Below are positions 35,206-36,499 of a stretch of 36,499 nucleotides of DNA, piece by piece. Source of the DNA: an uncultured Citrobacter sp. Its GTDB lineage: Bacteria; Bacteroidota; Bacteroidia; Chitinophagales; Chitinophagaceae. Position numbers and translations under genes: made by a program. The stretch lies in assembly GCA_964588445.1 (NCBI GenBank), contig CAZPPM010000017.1:1-36499 (forward strand). The letters are read 5' to 3'. The notes below the pieces were generated by a model. It was not told the DNA's origin, did no database searches, and worked only from the letters and a program-made list of their open reading frames with translations. Positions within the stretch are counted from its first letter, which is position 1; the number at the start of each line of letters is the position of its first letter.

Positions 35206-36333
35206 TTATTCTACTGCACCGCCTCCTAAATCAAATATCACAGAAAAACGGAGTGTATTGGAAAGAGGATTTCTCGTAACGCCGCTTCCCGAAGGAGCCA
35301 GATAAGAGAAATTCAATCCGAAAATATTATACTTCAATCCTAAGCCTGCTGTGAAATAACGGCGATTACCTCTTGTTTTGTCTTCAAAGAAATAACCTCC
35401 CCGTAAGGCAAACTGATTATTGTACCAGTATTCTGCACCCAAGGATACATTCGCCTGGCCCGGAAAATCGCTGAAGGAACTAAACCAGCTACTAGTTACT
35501 CCTTTAGTACGATAGTCTATCATATCCTGCGGTGTTGGGTTTTGTTTCATTGCAGGAACTAATAACTTATTCAGGTCTACACCAATCATAATTTTATTCT
35601 GCTCATCAAAGCTCTTGTTCCAGGTAGCACCCACACCTATATTGGCTGGGATAAAATCTTTTTGATCCGCATTATCCGTATAAGCTACTTTACCTCCAAG
35701 ATTAGTCAATGCTGCGCCAAAAGTAAATCCGTCACCTAGCTCGCTTTTGCCATCATAATATAAACCGATATCACCAGCTACAGTAGAACCCACTTTATAG
35801 GTATTTCCACTAGAGGGGGCACCAGCCGCTAAGTCCGAATTAATGTAACGAAGCGAAACACCTAAACCTAATTTATCAGACAACTTACGCGAATAGCCTA
35901 AATCAACTCCAAACTCACGAGGTTTACCACTACCCCAACTAGTTCCCATATTATCTGTAAACTGTATATTACCCAAGTTGAAATAACGTAGACCGACATT
36001 CAGCGCTTGGTTTTCATCAAATTTATAATACCCGGAAAGGGCAGCCAGAAACACATCTCCCACGATATCTTTTAACCAGGGAGTATAAGTAGCTGAGATA
36101 GCTCCGGGAGATTCATTAAACGCTACTTTACCCATATTCCAAAAACCAGCTGCCGCATCCGGCGAGGTAGCCAGTCCCAAATCGCCCATACCACCGGCAC
36201 GAGCATCGGGAGATATACGCAAGAAAGGAACAGCAGTAGTAACTACGTTAATTGTATTCTGCGCATATGTATTTGAAAATAATAAAGTTAGGGATAGAAC
36301 ACCAGCAGTTAGTTTAAAGACAATTGATCTCAT
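35206..36333 (-). CDS. porV: type IX secretion system outer-membrane protein PorV (LptO)
   Basis: 375 aa. Signal peptide. TAVPFLRISPDARAGGMGDLGLATSPDAAAGFWNMGKVAF and the C-terminal ...ALRGGYFFE...FTAGLGLKY..FGLNFSYL...NTLRFSVIFD closely parallel P. gingivalis PorV as I recall it (DPSARSAGMGDVGVALSPDANGMFWNSGKLGF ... ALRAGYFNE ... FRISLSFNY). Confidence 0.88.
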   Translation of the reverse strand: MRSIVFKLTAGVLSLTLLFSNTYAQNTINVVTTAVPFLRISPDARAGGMGDLGLATSPDAAAGFWNMGKVAFNESPGAISATYTPWLKDIVGDVFLAALSGYYKFDENQALNVGLRYFNLGNIQFTDNMGTSWGSGKPREFGVDLGYSRKLSDKLGLGVSLRYINSDLAAGAPSSGNTYKVGSTVAGDIGLYYDGKSELGDGFTFGAALTNLGGKVAYTDNADQKDFIPANIGVGATWNKSFDEQNKIMIGVDLNKLLVPAMKQNPTPQDMIDYRTKGVTSSWFSSFSDFPGQANVSLGAEYWYNNQFALRGGYFFEDKTRGNRRYFTAGLGLKYNIFGLNFSYLAPSGSGVTRNPLSNTLRFSVIFDLGGGAVE

Positions 36334-36499
36334 CAGGCATTAGTTTAATACGATAGAATAAATTGAATACGGATTTTTATACTCTTGTTTTGGTTTTACA
36401 GCTTACTTGCAACCGGGTAAAACAGCGCTATTTTAATGATACCCACCATTTTTTCACGGTATTAATTCCCACATGAACGGCATAAAATCTTCATTATTG

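Noticed and set aside
36454-36499. Possible 3' end of a - strand gene at the right edge (frame ...NNEDFMPFMWELIP-stop). This is where porU would be expected upstream of porV.
   Set aside because: Only about 14 codons are visible. The assignment rests on expected porU-porV synteny, not on the sequence.
1-36499. CRISPR arrays, insertion sequences, integrases and phage-like genes.
   Set aside because: No regularly spaced short direct repeats and no terminal inverted repeats. No recombinase or transposase signatures appear in any frame. The only sizeable repeat is the intragenic lipoyl-domain duplication.

Overview
This window looks like a core chromosomal segment of a Bacteroidota genome, probably Chitinophagaceae or Sphingobacteriia-like, with about 40% GC. 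The supporting signs are Type IX secretion genes, Bacteroidetes-style anti-sigma and TonB-like proteins, no obvious Shine-Dalgarno usage, and many MKKK signal peptides. It holds about 31 protein genes, nearly all on the + strand between 10.7 and 31.7 kb. I found no rRNA, tRNA, CRISPR array, integrase, transposase or other mobile-element hallmark.

Housekeeping genes recognised from motifs are a 3-methyladenine DNA glycosylase, upp, anmK, an L,D-transpeptidase, dnaX, an M48 metalloprotease, a two-lipoyl-domain E2 acyltransferase, a DEAD-box helicase, engB, dut and ispF. The same locus carries Type IX secretion system (T9SS) genes: a PorP/SprF-family protein at the left edge and PorV at the right edge. 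Between them lies a zinc metalloprotease with a T9SS C-terminal sorting domain.

The less ordinary content is as follows.
- A LytTR response regulator and a LytS-type sensor kinase with a periplasmic beta-propeller sit 3.6 kb apart. Three secreted or outer-membrane proteins fill the gap: a DUF1080-like/OmpA fusion, a tandem-repeat protein and a lipoprotein.
- dnaX carries an in-frame A9 run at the end of domain III, with stop codons in both alternative frames within five codons. This matches the configuration used elsewhere to make the gamma subunit by slippage.
- An ECF sigma factor is followed by an anti-sigma-like membrane protein that carries a carboxypeptidase-regulatory-like domain and a TonB C-terminal domain, and then by a DUF2911/TPR protein.
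- An NfeD/flotillin pair is present.
- A dut / DUF4292-like lipoprotein / EnvC-like gene string is present, in which the LytM (M23) catalytic residues appear degenerate.
- Several perfect palindromes sit immediately upstream of regulator genes.
- Five candidate rho-independent terminators were found.

All calls rest on motif-level reading and my memory of the protein families. No database search was possible.
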